Virus record (IMG/VR): IMGVR_UViG_3300005286_000037
Coordinates: 1 to 46,340 of that record
Source: a virus
Taxonomy: Duplodnaviria; Caudoviricetes
Direction: 5' to 3' (one strand)
Length of the DNA: 46,340 nt
In this document: one piece after another, positions 18,489 to 27,331 of the stretch
Numbering within the stretch: position 1 is the first letter of the stretch
Layout of the letters: each line of letters begins with the position of its first letter
The notes under the pieces: model-generated
Databases searched by the model: none
Seen by the model: only the letters and a program-made list of their open reading frames with translations
What the model was told of the DNA's origin: nothing
Program-made: the position numbers and the translations under genes

Positions 18489-18696
18489 TGGCTTTGCCCT
18501 TTCGCTTTATCTTGGCGCGGATACCGGCAGGCGGCCCCTTGACGGTGATAGGCTCGGCAACGCCGAGATAGAGCGCCGCTTGAGAACATGCGGCAGTCAC
18601 GAAATGCACTTCACCGGCCTTGAAGGCGATGGTGACATTGCGTTGCGGCTTCCAATCCCAATCTTTTAGGAAGCGCAGGCGGCGTTCGACAGCCAT
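18481..18696 (-). CDS. Small hypothetical protein in head-tail region
   Basis: Coupled to neighbours; RFLKDWDW..FKAG motif. Confidence 0.6.
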   Translation of the reverse strand: MAVERRLRFLKDWDWKPQRNVTIAFKAGEVHFVTAACSQAALYLGVAEPITVKGPPAGIRAKIKRKGKANG

Positions 18697-18698
18697 AG

Positions 18699-19061
18699 TC
18701 AGGCCATCGAAGGCGTGCGCCGCCGCCAGAGCAGCGCGGCAATAGGGTTGCGTGCGTCAAACCCGGTAACACCAGACAGGCCCGACAGCATGGCAAGGCT
18801 CTCTTCCGTGTCGTCCAGAAGGCAGCGAATGGCGATCAGGATTGCCGCCGACACATCGCCGGGCACGGTTTCATGGGTCCATGCCTCTTCGGGAAGGGGC
18901 TGGATGAAACCGAGAATAATGGCTTCGGCCTGCTTGATCTTGAGTTCAATGTCATCAAGGCGGGTCGTGTCGCCTTCGTCGCTACCGGTGCCGGAACTCG
19001 CATCAGCCTCCAGATTGAGCCGGAGGGCGTTGTTTACCTCTTCGACGGTCACAAGGCTCAT
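18699..19061 (-). CDS. Head-tail connector (gp6-like)
   Basis: MSLVTVEEV...LRL, VPGDVSAAILI, ALLWRRR.P. Confidence 0.82.
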   Translation of the reverse strand: MSLVTVEEVNNALRLNLEADASSGTGSDEGDTTRLDDIELKIKQAEAIILGFIQPLPEEAWTHETVPGDVSAAILIAIRCLLDDTEESLAMLSGLSGVTGFDARNPIAALLWRRRTPSMA

Positions 19062-19762
19062 TTCGTCAGATCCTTGCCGTTCTGCCCCTTCTTGACCGCA
19101 AGACGCCAACCGCTTTCAGGCGTGTCCGGCTTGCCTTCCGGCGCATCCTTCTCAGCGATCCAGAGCGAGCCGCCCCAGGTCACGGAATTGCCTTTGCGAT
19201 AGCTGGCGTCGGCGCTGAAAACGCCGCGGTAAAACACCACCGGCAGCGCCCATTCTTTCACGACTTCGCCGCGCACCGCGCGCAGGGACAGACCTTCATC
19301 GGTTTCCACCAGATCGAGATCATCGAAGCCCACGCCGTCGATGCCATCCCGGCCGTCCGCGCCATCAAGGCCTTTCTCGCCGTCCTTACCCGGAGCCCCG
19401 TCCTTGCCGATCACCACGCCAAGCGTCTTTGTCTGGCCATTGGTCATCGTGAGAATGAGCTGCCCTTCGCGGTCGATTACAGCATCGGCCAAACCAACGC
19501 CGTCTGCGCCATCCTTGCCATCGGCACCCTTTTCGCCGTCACGGCCCGGTGCGCCATCGGCACCATCCTTGCCGTCAAGCCCGTCCTTACCCGGAGCGCC
19601 ATCAACGCCATCGCGGCCCGGCTCTCCAGCATCGCCCTTTTCCCCTTTCAGCGGCTCGCGTGCCTCAAGCAGGGACAAGCGATCTTCCAGGGCGCCGAGT
19701 GCATCGTCAACATAGGCCTTGACCGCCTCAAAACCGGCGTCGAATGCTTCCTGCAGGTCCAT
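19058..19762 (-). CDS. Collagen-like (Gly-X-Y) virion protein
   Basis: Two runs of GKDGADG/GEKG triplets; C-terminal YRGVF...YRKGNSVTWGGSLW domain. Confidence 0.85.
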   Translation of the reverse strand: MDLQEAFDAGFEAVKAYVDDALGALEDRLSLLEAREPLKGEKGDAGEPGRDGVDGAPGKDGLDGKDGADGAPGRDGEKGADGKDGADGVGLADAVIDREGQLILTMTNGQTKTLGVVIGKDGAPGKDGEKGLDGADGRDGIDGVGFDDLDLVETDEGLSLRAVRGEVVKEWALPVVFYRGVFSADASYRKGNSVTWGGSLWIAEKDAPEGKPDTPESGWRLAVKKGQNGKDLTK

Positions 19763-21102
19763 CAGGCTGCCTTTCTCGGAGCGAAGAGAGCCTTCACATA
19801 TTTCGGGTTGAACGAAGCCTGCTTTTCAGGTTCGGGTGCCGGAGCGGGCACAGGTTCAGGCTTCGGCGCTTCAAGCGGCATGGCATCGCGTTTCGCCAGC
19901 CATTCGAGGCTGTGATCCTGCTCCTGCATGTAAACCGTGTCGCCACCAGCCACAGGAGCCTGATTGAGACGCTTGCGCTGTTCGTTGGGGGTGAGCTTGC
20001 CCTTGGCCTTCTCAAGCACGTCCATCTGCGTTGCAGCGTCCATGCGCAGGAGATTGTCGAGGTCAAATTCGGTGCCGAGGCGCTCGCCCGTTCCCAGCCC
20101 TTCATCAAGGCAAAGCTCGATGCTCTCGATGAGCACCTGAAGGCACTGGCTGTAATATTCGACGTTGAGCGCCTGAATGTTGTTGTGCGTCGGCTGTTGC
20201 CCAATCCCGATCTTGTAGGGCGGAACATGATAGGTCGAGCAGACGACCTCGGCAGACCACTTGAGCTGTTCGATGAGCTGGCTATCGGTAGCCTTGGCGG
20301 TCATCTGCTCAAACCTGAGCCCGTCGCCCAGCACCGCGATCTTGCCGCGGTTCTTGCCGGAGAACTTCTGATCCCAAGCCTCTTTCAGACGGCCCGCCGT
20401 TTCGTCGCTGATATGGCCGGGAGCCAGCAACACGCCGCCCGGCATCGCGCCGTTCTCGAAAAACAAGGCAGAATTGTTCTGAATATTGAGGCCCTGAGTT
20501 GCGGCAAGGCCATTGGCGAAGATCGGGGATAGCCCAACAAGCGGGTGAAAGAGGCAATTGAAGCGGTCGTGGATGATTTCGCGGGCCGGGACAATGACAT
20601 GCTCCTGCACGCCTGAAAGGTGATCGGCCTGCAGGTCGTAAAACACATCGCCGCTATCGGACACCAGCGGCGTTACGCGGGCCGGATCAAGCACATAAAG
20701 CGCCTTCACCACTCCGCGCCCGTCGCGCTGCTTCAAAACATACGCATTGCCAGACTGCAGCTTGGACAGCACCCAGCTTTCGATGAACTGGATGCGGTTC
20801 TGATAGCCGTTGGGCTTGCGCAGGACCGGGGAGAAGGCCGAGTTGCGTACTTCCACCCAAATTCCGTCGTTGGTCTGCTCGACAAGGCGCAAGGCCAGCT
20901 TGGCAATGTCCGAAGCGATGAGCGTCTGGCACGCAAAGACAGCATGGAAGGAAAGCACGCTGTCTCGATTTACGGTCACATTCCGCTGCCAAGCCCCGGC
21001 GAAGCTCTCGAATACAAGCTGACGCCAGCCACGGCTGTCATCGACGGCGTTCAGCGCCTTCTCGGCGCGCTTCCACCGGATCGGCAGACCGAAAATCTTC
21101 AT
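19762..21102 (-). CDS. Portal protein, HK97 family
   Basis: VFACQTLIASDIAKL, LRKPNGYQ, GNAYV, EIIHDR, GLSPI, FFENGAMPGG, LTPNE.R. Confidence 0.96.
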   Translation of the reverse strand: MKIFGLPIRWKRAEKALNAVDDSRGWRQLVFESFAGAWQRNVTVNRDSVLSFHAVFACQTLIASDIAKLALRLVEQTNDGIWVEVRNSAFSPVLRKPNGYQNRIQFIESWVLSKLQSGNAYVLKQRDGRGVVKALYVLDPARVTPLVSDSGDVFYDLQADHLSGVQEHVIVPAREIIHDRFNCLFHPLVGLSPIFANGLAATQGLNIQNNSALFFENGAMPGGVLLAPGHISDETAGRLKEAWDQKFSGKNRGKIAVLGDGLRFEQMTAKATDSQLIEQLKWSAEVVCSTYHVPPYKIGIGQQPTHNNIQALNVEYYSQCLQVLIESIELCLDEGLGTGERLGTEFDLDNLLRMDAATQMDVLEKAKGKLTPNEQRKRLNQAPVAGGDTVYMQEQDHSLEWLAKRDAMPLEAPKPEPVPAPAPEPEKQASFNPKYVKALFAPRKAA

Positions 21103-22001
21103 GCTGCCCCCTTTGTGCGACCGCACCAGGTTACGTCTTCAAAGCCGCACAGCGCCGCAATCTGGTCTGCGTGGTCGTCATTGTGAGCGATAGCCAGAAC
21201 CTCGCCGGGCCAATGCTCAGCAGCCTCCGGCGAGGCAATAACGGCAGCGAACCCACCGTCATCAAGAGCGCGGTCAACGTCCTGCCAAAGCGTTGGGCCA
21301 TAGCCGAGAATGAGGCAGCGGCCATCGGCGGCGATCTCATACCGGCATTGATCCGGGAAGCGTTCGGCTATCCAAGCTCGGAAGGCTTCGGATTTCGCCA
21401 CTCCGTCCGAGATGGACAGCAGATCGGCCACGTCCGGTTCACCGGTCCAATGGTGCGCTTTCACGTCATCCCGGCGCGTGGCCGGTTGCGGGTAAAGGTT
21501 GTGATAGAGGGTGCGGAGCAAGAAGCGCTGCCCCTCAAACCGGTCGATGAGGCCCAGCAGCTTGCCCGCGTCATAGACGGTTGGCGTGTGAAGGCCGAAC
21601 CAGAGCGGGTCTGCAATGCCTTCGCCCTCAAGAATGTCCCTCGTGGCCTCGATGTGCGCGCGGTACAGCCCACTTGCACGCCCGCTGGCCAGATAGTCTG
21701 CGATGGTCCCGCGATGCTCATGGCGGAACCGCCAAGGCTTCAGCAGGAAAATATCATCGTGCATCACGACGAACTCGCCGGCGATGCCGCCCTCAACAAT
21801 GGCTGCCCGGATATTGGCCGTTGAGGATTGGTATGGGGTTTTTAATGAGCCCACCGGAATGTGGGTCACAGCCTTGCCGGTGATTACCGGCTTGTCACCA
21901 GCAACGAAAACCCGGTCATGTTCCATATTGGCGAGAGAGCGCAGGGAATAGCGCAGCTCAAAGTCGTCGTGCGCCTTCTTGTAGGGATAGACGACATCCA
22001 T
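21099..22001 (-). CDS. Stealth-family-like sugar-1-phosphate transferase
   Basis: MDVVYPY (CR1-like), ELRYSLRSL and FVVMHDDIFL (CR2-like), HTP (CR3-like), LSISD...RFPDQCRYE (CR4-like). Confidence 0.8.
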   Translation of the reverse strand: MDVVYPYKKAHDDFELRYSLRSLANMEHDRVFVAGDKPVITGKAVTHIPVGSLKTPYQSSTANIRAAIVEGGIAGEFVVMHDDIFLLKPWRFRHEHRGTIADYLASGRASGLYRAHIEATRDILEGEGIADPLWFGLHTPTVYDAGKLLGLIDRFEGQRFLLRTLYHNLYPQPATRRDDVKAHHWTGEPDVADLLSISDGVAKSEAFRAWIAERFPDQCRYEIAADGRCLILGYGPTLWQDVDRALDDGGFAAVIASPEAAEHWPGEVLAIAHNDDHADQIAALCGFEDVTWCGRTKGAA

Positions 22002-22744
22002 CAGGCCACCTTGCGCCAGCCTTCAATTATGCGGTTACGCACCTCGGCAGCCATCGCCTGGAATGTCGCATTGATCGGCATAGCCTCATCAATCCGCGCC
22101 ATGCATTCAGAAATGCTGCCAGCGCCGGTCGTCACATTGGAGTTGAAGTTCGCCTCCCTCTGCCGCTCATAGTCATCATGCGATATGATCAGGCCGCCAA
22201 GGCCTTTTCCGAAGATCATGACCTTCATGCCCATGGCCATCATTTCCAGAGCACAACGGCCAACACCGATGCCGTATCGGTATTGCGCAACTCTGCGCAG
22301 GGCCTCGTTCTGGTTTTCGATGCAGGACACCACATCAACGCCCCTGCCATTCAGGAACTCAATGGACTTTCGTTTTGCGCCAACCAGATTTCCAAAATAG
22401 ACCCAATCCCGATGCGGATTTGGCGCCGGAAGAGTATCGGCATCAACAGCATTGGGAAGCCACAAGCCGCGAGTGCCAAGAGCTACTGCCAAGTCCTTGT
22501 ATGTCGTCACGAACAGCCGGGTTTCGGCGCTCAGCTCAGTATGCGTGCGCTCGTGCAGATACTGCACAGTGGCACCCGGAACTATGCCGCAGGTTGCAAC
22601 AGATTGCTCGGCGCCGAGCAGATCGCGCCAAACCGGCAAATGCCACTTGCATATGTCCTGGGAATAGGTGAAAGCGCCGTTTGTCCGCCTGTGCCGATCA
22701 TATTCAGACCGCCATATCGGATGAGAATGATCGTAGACGATCAC
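22001..22744 (-). CDS. GT-B fold glycosyltransferase-like protein
   Basis: YLHE, WLPNAVD, VYFGNL and GIGVGRCALEMMAMGMKV (GT4-like donor-binding helix). Confidence 0.75.
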   Translation of the reverse strand: MIVYDHSHPIWRSEYDRHRRTNGAFTYSQDICKWHLPVWRDLLGAEQSVATCGIVPGATVQYLHERTHTELSAETRLFVTTYKDLAVALGTRGLWLPNAVDADTLPAPNPHRDWVYFGNLVGAKRKSIEFLNGRGVDVVSCIENQNEALRRVAQYRYGIGVGRCALEMMAMGMKVMIFGKGLGGLIISHDDYERQREANFNSNVTTGAGSISECMARIDEAMPINATFQAMAAEVRNRIIEGWRKVA

Positions 22745-23088
22745 GAGGCAAGCTCCTCATCAATCCGGCGCTGCAGTTCTGCCTCGCCCCAGCTATGGTG
22801 CGGCTTCTTGCCGACGACTTCCGTGTAATCCGCGCGCAGCTTCTTCAGCGCATCGGAGGCGGCAGAATGAGGCTTGGAGCCTCCCTTCTTGCCGTTCTGG
22901 TCGTGGTCGAGCGGGTGGAATTTCTGGACGATCTTCTGCGAGGGAGCTTGCACTTTACCAGCGCGGCGCGCCTTGCCGATTGCCACAAGGATCTGACCAT
23001 CACGGTTCGAGCGCGATGCAAATGCCTCGCCCGCCTTGATGCGCCGTCCGGCATAGGTCAGGGACTTGATTGCGATCAGGTCAGTCAT
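22741..23088 (-). CDS. Small capsid-adjacent protein
   Basis: Follows the capsid gene; RBS GGAGG; YAGRRIKAGEAF N-terminus and HeH-like C-terminus (LRADY..VVGKKP..W..AELQRRI). Confidence 0.7.
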   Translation of the reverse strand: MTDLIAIKSLTYAGRRIKAGEAFASRSNRDGQILVAIGKARRAGKVQAPSQKIVQKFHPLDHDQNGKKGGSKPHSAASDALKKLRADYTEVVGKKPHHSWGEAELQRRIDEELAS

Positions 23089-23101
23089 GGCAACCTCCGT
23101 T

Positions 23102-23130
23102 GAAACGATGGGCAGCAACGCCGCCCATCG
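23102..23130 (-). terminator. Hairpin / weak terminator after the capsid gene
   Basis: Minus strand CGATGGGCGGC-GTT-GCTGCCCATCG-TTTC. Confidence 0.55.
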
Positions 23131-23148
23131 TGAGTTTGAGAGAGGGGA

Positions 23149-24525
23149 TTACGAGCCGGACACAGCGCCGTAGTCGGCATCGCCGATGTAGGACACGGCA
23201 GAGGCGCGGCGCTTCGCGAAGTTGAGCGGGCGCACGACCTTAATGGCCACCGAGTCCGTCTGGTACATCGACACGACACTGGTGTTTGCGGTCGGCGTGT
23301 CAGTGTCACCGTCCGGGGCATCGTCCATCTGGATCGACGCTTCGGTAGACATGGAGACTTCCACGCCGCGGTCGCCAATCTTGTAGATGTCAGACGGCTT
23401 GAGCAGGATCAGGTCGCCAGTGCCAACGTTGCCGCCAGCGGCCACCGGATCGCCCAAGAGCGTGCCGCCGTTAGCAGAGAGGCCGGGGAAGGCGAAGTTG
23501 CCGAGGGCGTTCTGCATCAGGCCTAGAGCCTTGGCAAGCGACTGCGTGGTAACGAAGTGCAGATCGTCGGCATTGTTCGCAGCAATGAAGTCCGCATAGA
23601 GCGCCTTCACATCCGCAATCACGCCGTCGATGTCACTGCCTGAACTGGACTTGGCCACGACACCGTTCAGGATGCCCGCCGGAGAGACGCCTGCGTTTCC
23701 AGCACCAGTGCCGAGGAAGGTCTGATCAACGCGCTGAGCCGAAGCGGCAACGAGAGCATCGCGCACCAGCTTTTCAGCCGAGGGCGAAGAGTCGCGCAGC
23801 AGTTCCTTGGACACAACAGCCAGAGCCGCAACCTTCAGCCGACGCAGGTTCACGTCCATGAAGTCGGCCTTGCTGACCGGGATAGACTTGGACTCACCAA
23901 CCCAATAGCCGGTCGCCGTGCCGTCCTGGCCAGCGATGTTGATATTGGCAGGGACTTCGCGAAGCGGCAGCTTGTCGAAGATCGTGCGGCTGTAGAGATA
24001 GTCGATGAAGTCGCCGGTATAGCGGTCGAGGTGGACAAGTTCGTTGCCCCATTCGCCCGTACCGGTGCCACCGCCAGCGACGGCAGTCTTGAGCACTTCC
24101 ACCAGCTGCGGGCTCTTTTCGCCCCAACGCTTGGCGGCGATGCCGATGGGCGAAACGTCGTCGATCTTGGCCAAGGTCTTGGCGATGACCATGCGGGTGA
24201 AGTTCTGGCCTTCGAAGTCCTCGTCCTTGTCGCCCTTCTTGAGAACGATGGGGGCGGCGACGTCGCGGGAGACAGTGGCGGCCTTGGCGTTCGTGCCATC
24301 GACCGGCTTGGCCGTTACAGCGGTCGCCTTTTCCATGTCGCGAAGGCGGGTCAGGTGTTCATCGATTTCCACGATGTCGGCCTTGTTGCCGTCGAAGATT
24401 TCCTTCTGTTCGGCGTCCAGCGTGGTGCCTTCTTCGGCGGCCTTGGTGATGATTGCCTCGTTGGCAGCGATAAGCGCGGCGCGCTTCTGCTCGAAGGCGG
24501 TGATCTGTTCAGAGAGCTTGCTCAT
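23149..24525 (-). CDS. Major capsid protein, HK97 fold, with N-terminal delta domain
   Basis: Coiled-coil N-terminus; WVGESKSIP, KVAALAVVSKELLRDS, D..FL.TG...PAGILNG. Confidence 0.96.
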   Translation of the reverse strand: MSKLSEQITAFEQKRAALIAANEAIITKAAEEGTTLDAEQKEIFDGNKADIVEIDEHLTRLRDMEKATAVTAKPVDGTNAKAATVSRDVAAPIVLKKGDKDEDFEGQNFTRMVIAKTLAKIDDVSPIGIAAKRWGEKSPQLVEVLKTAVAGGGTGTGEWGNELVHLDRYTGDFIDYLYSRTIFDKLPLREVPANINIAGQDGTATGYWVGESKSIPVSKADFMDVNLRRLKVAALAVVSKELLRDSSPSAEKLVRDALVAASAQRVDQTFLGTGAGNAGVSPAGILNGVVAKSSSGSDIDGVIADVKALYADFIAANNADDLHFVTTQSLAKALGLMQNALGNFAFPGLSANGGTLLGDPVAAGGNVGTGDLILLKPSDIYKIGDRGVEVSMSTEASIQMDDAPDGDTDTPTANTSVVSMYQTDSVAIKVVRPLNFAKRRASAVSYIGDADYGAVSGS

Positions 24526-25133
24526 TTTGTGGTCCTCACGATTGAGCGAATTACAAAGGGTTTCGCCCGGTCGCGGGCTGGAGCATCCAGCTTCACCACG
24601 CGGCCCTTCTTGCCGGTCGCGGCAGGGTCGGCGGCGCTGGAATTGGTGTTATCGCCAGTCGCGGACTTGCGCGCCTCGGCGTCGAATTGCTTGATGGTCT
24701 GAATGGAAGCGTCGGCATTGGCCGGGATGGTCACGCAGGACAGCTCAAGCCATTCCCACTTCTCGAAGATGACACCCCACGAGTGCGGGATGGGCTCCAT
24801 CTGGATGCCCTTGAAGCCAATCGAGAGGCCGCGAACGAGACCGGCCTTGATGTACTTCCAAGCCTTCTCGATGTCGTCGTGAACGCCCTTGGCAATCTCA
24901 GCGACGATCTCGATGCCCTTGCTCGAAACCTTGGCCTCGATCACATGGCCAATCGGCTGGCGGCTGTCGTGCTGATAGAGCAGCGGAATGGGCAGCTTGT
25001 ATTCAGCGCCCTCCGGCATAACGATGTCCCCTGCCCGATCAGTCTTGGGCGTGGTGGCAATGCCGGTGATGCGGCGCAGATCTTCGTCAACCTCCTTGAT
25101 CTCAAGGAGGCTGTAGGCTCTGTCCATGGTCAT
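24522..25133 (-). CDS. Prohead protease, HK97 family
   Basis: DRAGDIV, LLYQHD...PIG, GLSIGF, ELSCVTIPAN. Confidence 0.95.
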   Translation of the reverse strand: MTMDRAYSLLEIKEVDEDLRRITGIATTPKTDRAGDIVMPEGAEYKLPIPLLYQHDSRQPIGHVIEAKVSSKGIEIVAEIAKGVHDDIEKAWKYIKAGLVRGLSIGFKGIQMEPIPHSWGVIFEKWEWLELSCVTIPANADASIQTIKQFDAEARKSATGDNTNSSAADPAATGKKGRVVKLDAPARDRAKPFVIRSIVRTTK

Positions 25134-25151
25134 GGAGATGTCCCTTCCGGG

Positions 25152-26885
25152 TTAGACGATGATGAGCTGGTATTCAGCCGCGCGTTTCGCGACGGGGTTT
25201 CGGCTCATCAGGGTAACAGCGTTGAATAAGGCCATTGCCGGGTCGATCTTCGCGTCACCGGCTGATTGCTTGGTTGCTCGAATGCCCGTTGCTGTCGGTT
25301 CAATTTTCAGGTTCGGCACACACCACTGCATGAGCGGGCCGCCGCAATGCTTCAGAAGGCCGGAGGCTAGACGCCGTTCAGCGCCCTTAATGCTCGACAT
25401 CATCCAGCCGCCCTGCGGAGCAGCAACGAGCAAGCCTGCCTCTTGGGTGACGCCGATCTCGTCCAGCGCGTCTTCCATTTCGCCAAGGCCGGAGGCGTCA
25501 ACCGCTACCCCGCCCAGCAAGCCTTCGGCCTGAATGCGGGTGATGATTTCAATGATGGACGCAACGTCCTCTAGCGGGTTGTCCAGAATGGTCAGTTCGC
25601 GCGCCGCTTCGATGGTGCGCAGCCGGGTTGCGATAGACTTGCGCCGATCCAGAACGCCCTTGTGGCACCAGGCGTGAGACCATGAGAGCCAGCGCTTCAT
25701 CTTGCGAAGCGATTTCTCGCCATTGATCTCAAACTCGACTTCGATCTCTCGCGGCTCACGCCCCAACACCGATAGGCCGAACAAGTCATCAAGACCGCCG
25801 CCGTCGATCCCAATCACCGCGACCTCGCTGCGCTCTAGCAACCTGTCCAGAGCTTCGAAGTGACCGAGGCCGGAAAGCTCATCATCCTTCGCCGTTTCCC
25901 AATGGTCGGCGCCCGGCCAGCGATTGGCCCGGAGGTTCATCCCAATCTCGACATTGAAATGCTGGGAGGCGAGCAGTGCGACTTGCTCCGCGCCAGCCAT
26001 TTCAGCGGTGATGATCTCGTTTCGCAAAAACTGTAGATCGACCGAACGCCCAAGGTTCGGGTTGACCGCAGACCAGTATCGCTCATCTTTCCAGCCGCCA
26101 TCGGCTGTCAATTCGGATGGCAGCTCATACAGCACGGCCAGACGGGGCAACTTTACCAAGCCGTCACGGACATCGCGCGCAACTGCCAGCTCGTTCTTAA
26201 ACACCCCCAGAGGCGGTTCTTTGCTCTGTGTGGTGATTTGGATCATAAATCCATCCGGTCGCGCTGCGAGCGCGCCTCGGATTTCCACGAAGATGTCAGC
26301 CGCTTTCGCCTTCTTGGCAAAAACATGGGTTTCGTCCACGAGGATGCCCGTGGATTTCGACCCGGTGATTACGTCTGTGTCAGCGGCCTTGATCTGAAGC
26401 GATGCCCCGGAATTCCGGTGCGTGATCATCTTGATGTTGTCGCGAGCCCAGAACAGCTTCTCAAGCTCTGGGTCTGCTTTAATAATGCCCCACGCCTGTT
26501 TAAACGCGATCTGGGCGATTTCCTTGGTCGGCGCGATGAGCAAATATTCTGCGTTCGGCCTGCGGTTCAGGATTAGCGCCACCACCATGATCGCGGCGGC
26601 ATAGCTAGACTTCCCGTTTTTCTTCGGCACCAAGATGAACAGTTCTTGGATCATGCGCCGGTTTGTTTCGGCGTCATAGGAGCCGAACAGTGCCTTTACG
26701 ATGTCTCGAAACCAGTCGCCCGCCGCTTCCGCCATGCGGGGCTGACCGATCACGTCCGGCAACTTCAGCCGGTTGAAAACCCGCAGTGCCCGCTCGGCCT
26801 CCGCAGTGAACAGCGGCAAGTCAGGCACAAGCGATTGGCCAGCAAGGATACGATCCTGCCAGTCCCTACACGATGTGTCCCACAT
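25152..26885 (-). CDS. terL: Terminase large subunit
   Basis: Walker A VPKKNGKS, Walker B ILVDETH, ITTQ coupling motif, nuclease GIDGGGLDDL, KIDPAMA. Confidence 0.96.
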   Translation of the reverse strand: MWDTSCRDWQDRILAGQSLVPDLPLFTAEAERALRVFNRLKLPDVIGQPRMAEAAGDWFRDIVKALFGSYDAETNRRMIQELFILVPKKNGKSSYAAAIMVVALILNRRPNAEYLLIAPTKEIAQIAFKQAWGIIKADPELEKLFWARDNIKMITHRNSGASLQIKAADTDVITGSKSTGILVDETHVFAKKAKAADIFVEIRGALAARPDGFMIQITTQSKEPPLGVFKNELAVARDVRDGLVKLPRLAVLYELPSELTADGGWKDERYWSAVNPNLGRSVDLQFLRNEIITAEMAGAEQVALLASQHFNVEIGMNLRANRWPGADHWETAKDDELSGLGHFEALDRLLERSEVAVIGIDGGGLDDLFGLSVLGREPREIEVEFEINGEKSLRKMKRWLSWSHAWCHKGVLDRRKSIATRLRTIEAARELTILDNPLEDVASIIEIITRIQAEGLLGGVAVDASGLGEMEDALDEIGVTQEAGLLVAAPQGGWMMSSIKGAERRLASGLLKHCGGPLMQWCVPNLKIEPTATGIRATKQSAGDAKIDPAMALFNAVTLMSRNPVAKRAAEYQLIIV

Positions 26886-27205
26886 CAGTTGAGCGCAGGC
26901 CCGGCCAAATCGTCACCCCACTCGGTGCCAGCCCCCGCCGATTGAGCGGCCTCTTGTGCAGCTTCCTTTTTGCCCTGCGGCTTGTCGCCTGGACGAGCAT
27001 GGACAAACGGGGCAGCCGCAATCGCCATACGATCCCGGCGGGCGGCGTCGGCCTCGTCGTCGTTCATCACAGTCAGCATGTATTCGAGCGGGCTCAGCTT
27101 TGATTTGCGAGCAGCCGTTTTGATGTCGGCTGGCACAGCTACCGCCTTGGGAGACTTAGCCGATTTCGGACGTCCTGCCCCGGCTCTGTAACCACCACGG
27201 GCCAT
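26885..27205 (-). CDS. terS: Terminase small subunit
   Basis: MARGGYRAGAGRPK, PLEYMLTVMND, AAAPFVH, GKKE; overlaps the terL start. Confidence 0.88.
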   Translation of the reverse strand: MARGGYRAGAGRPKSAKSPKAVAVPADIKTAARKSKLSPLEYMLTVMNDDEADAARRDRMAIAAAPFVHARPGDKPQGKKEAAQEAAQSAGAGTEWGDDLAGPALN

Positions 27206-27244
27206 GTTTGATTTCCAATTCAAAAAGGGCTGCAAAAATCAAAC

Positions 27245-27330
27245 AGCCACAAAAAAAACGCGAATGAGGGCGTCGTGGGTGCAGGCCGGAGGTCGCGGCT
27301 AAGGTCTGAACCCCCGCCCCCCGGTGGCCG
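27245..27330. other. Candidate cos (packaging end) region
   Basis: Non-coding gap upstream of terS. Minus strand has G-runs followed by CGCGTTTTTTTT, the usual context in HNH-terS cos phages. Exact cut site cannot be read. Confidence 0.45.
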
Positions 27331-27331
27331 G

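Noticed and set aside
19341-19660. Nucleotide repeats as a DNA repeat element
   Set aside because: Explained by Gly-X-Y collagen coding.
23149-25133. Protease-capsid fusion broken by frameshift
   Set aside because: The capsid gene has its own RBS (GAGG) and an ATGA overlap, so two intact genes is the simpler reading.
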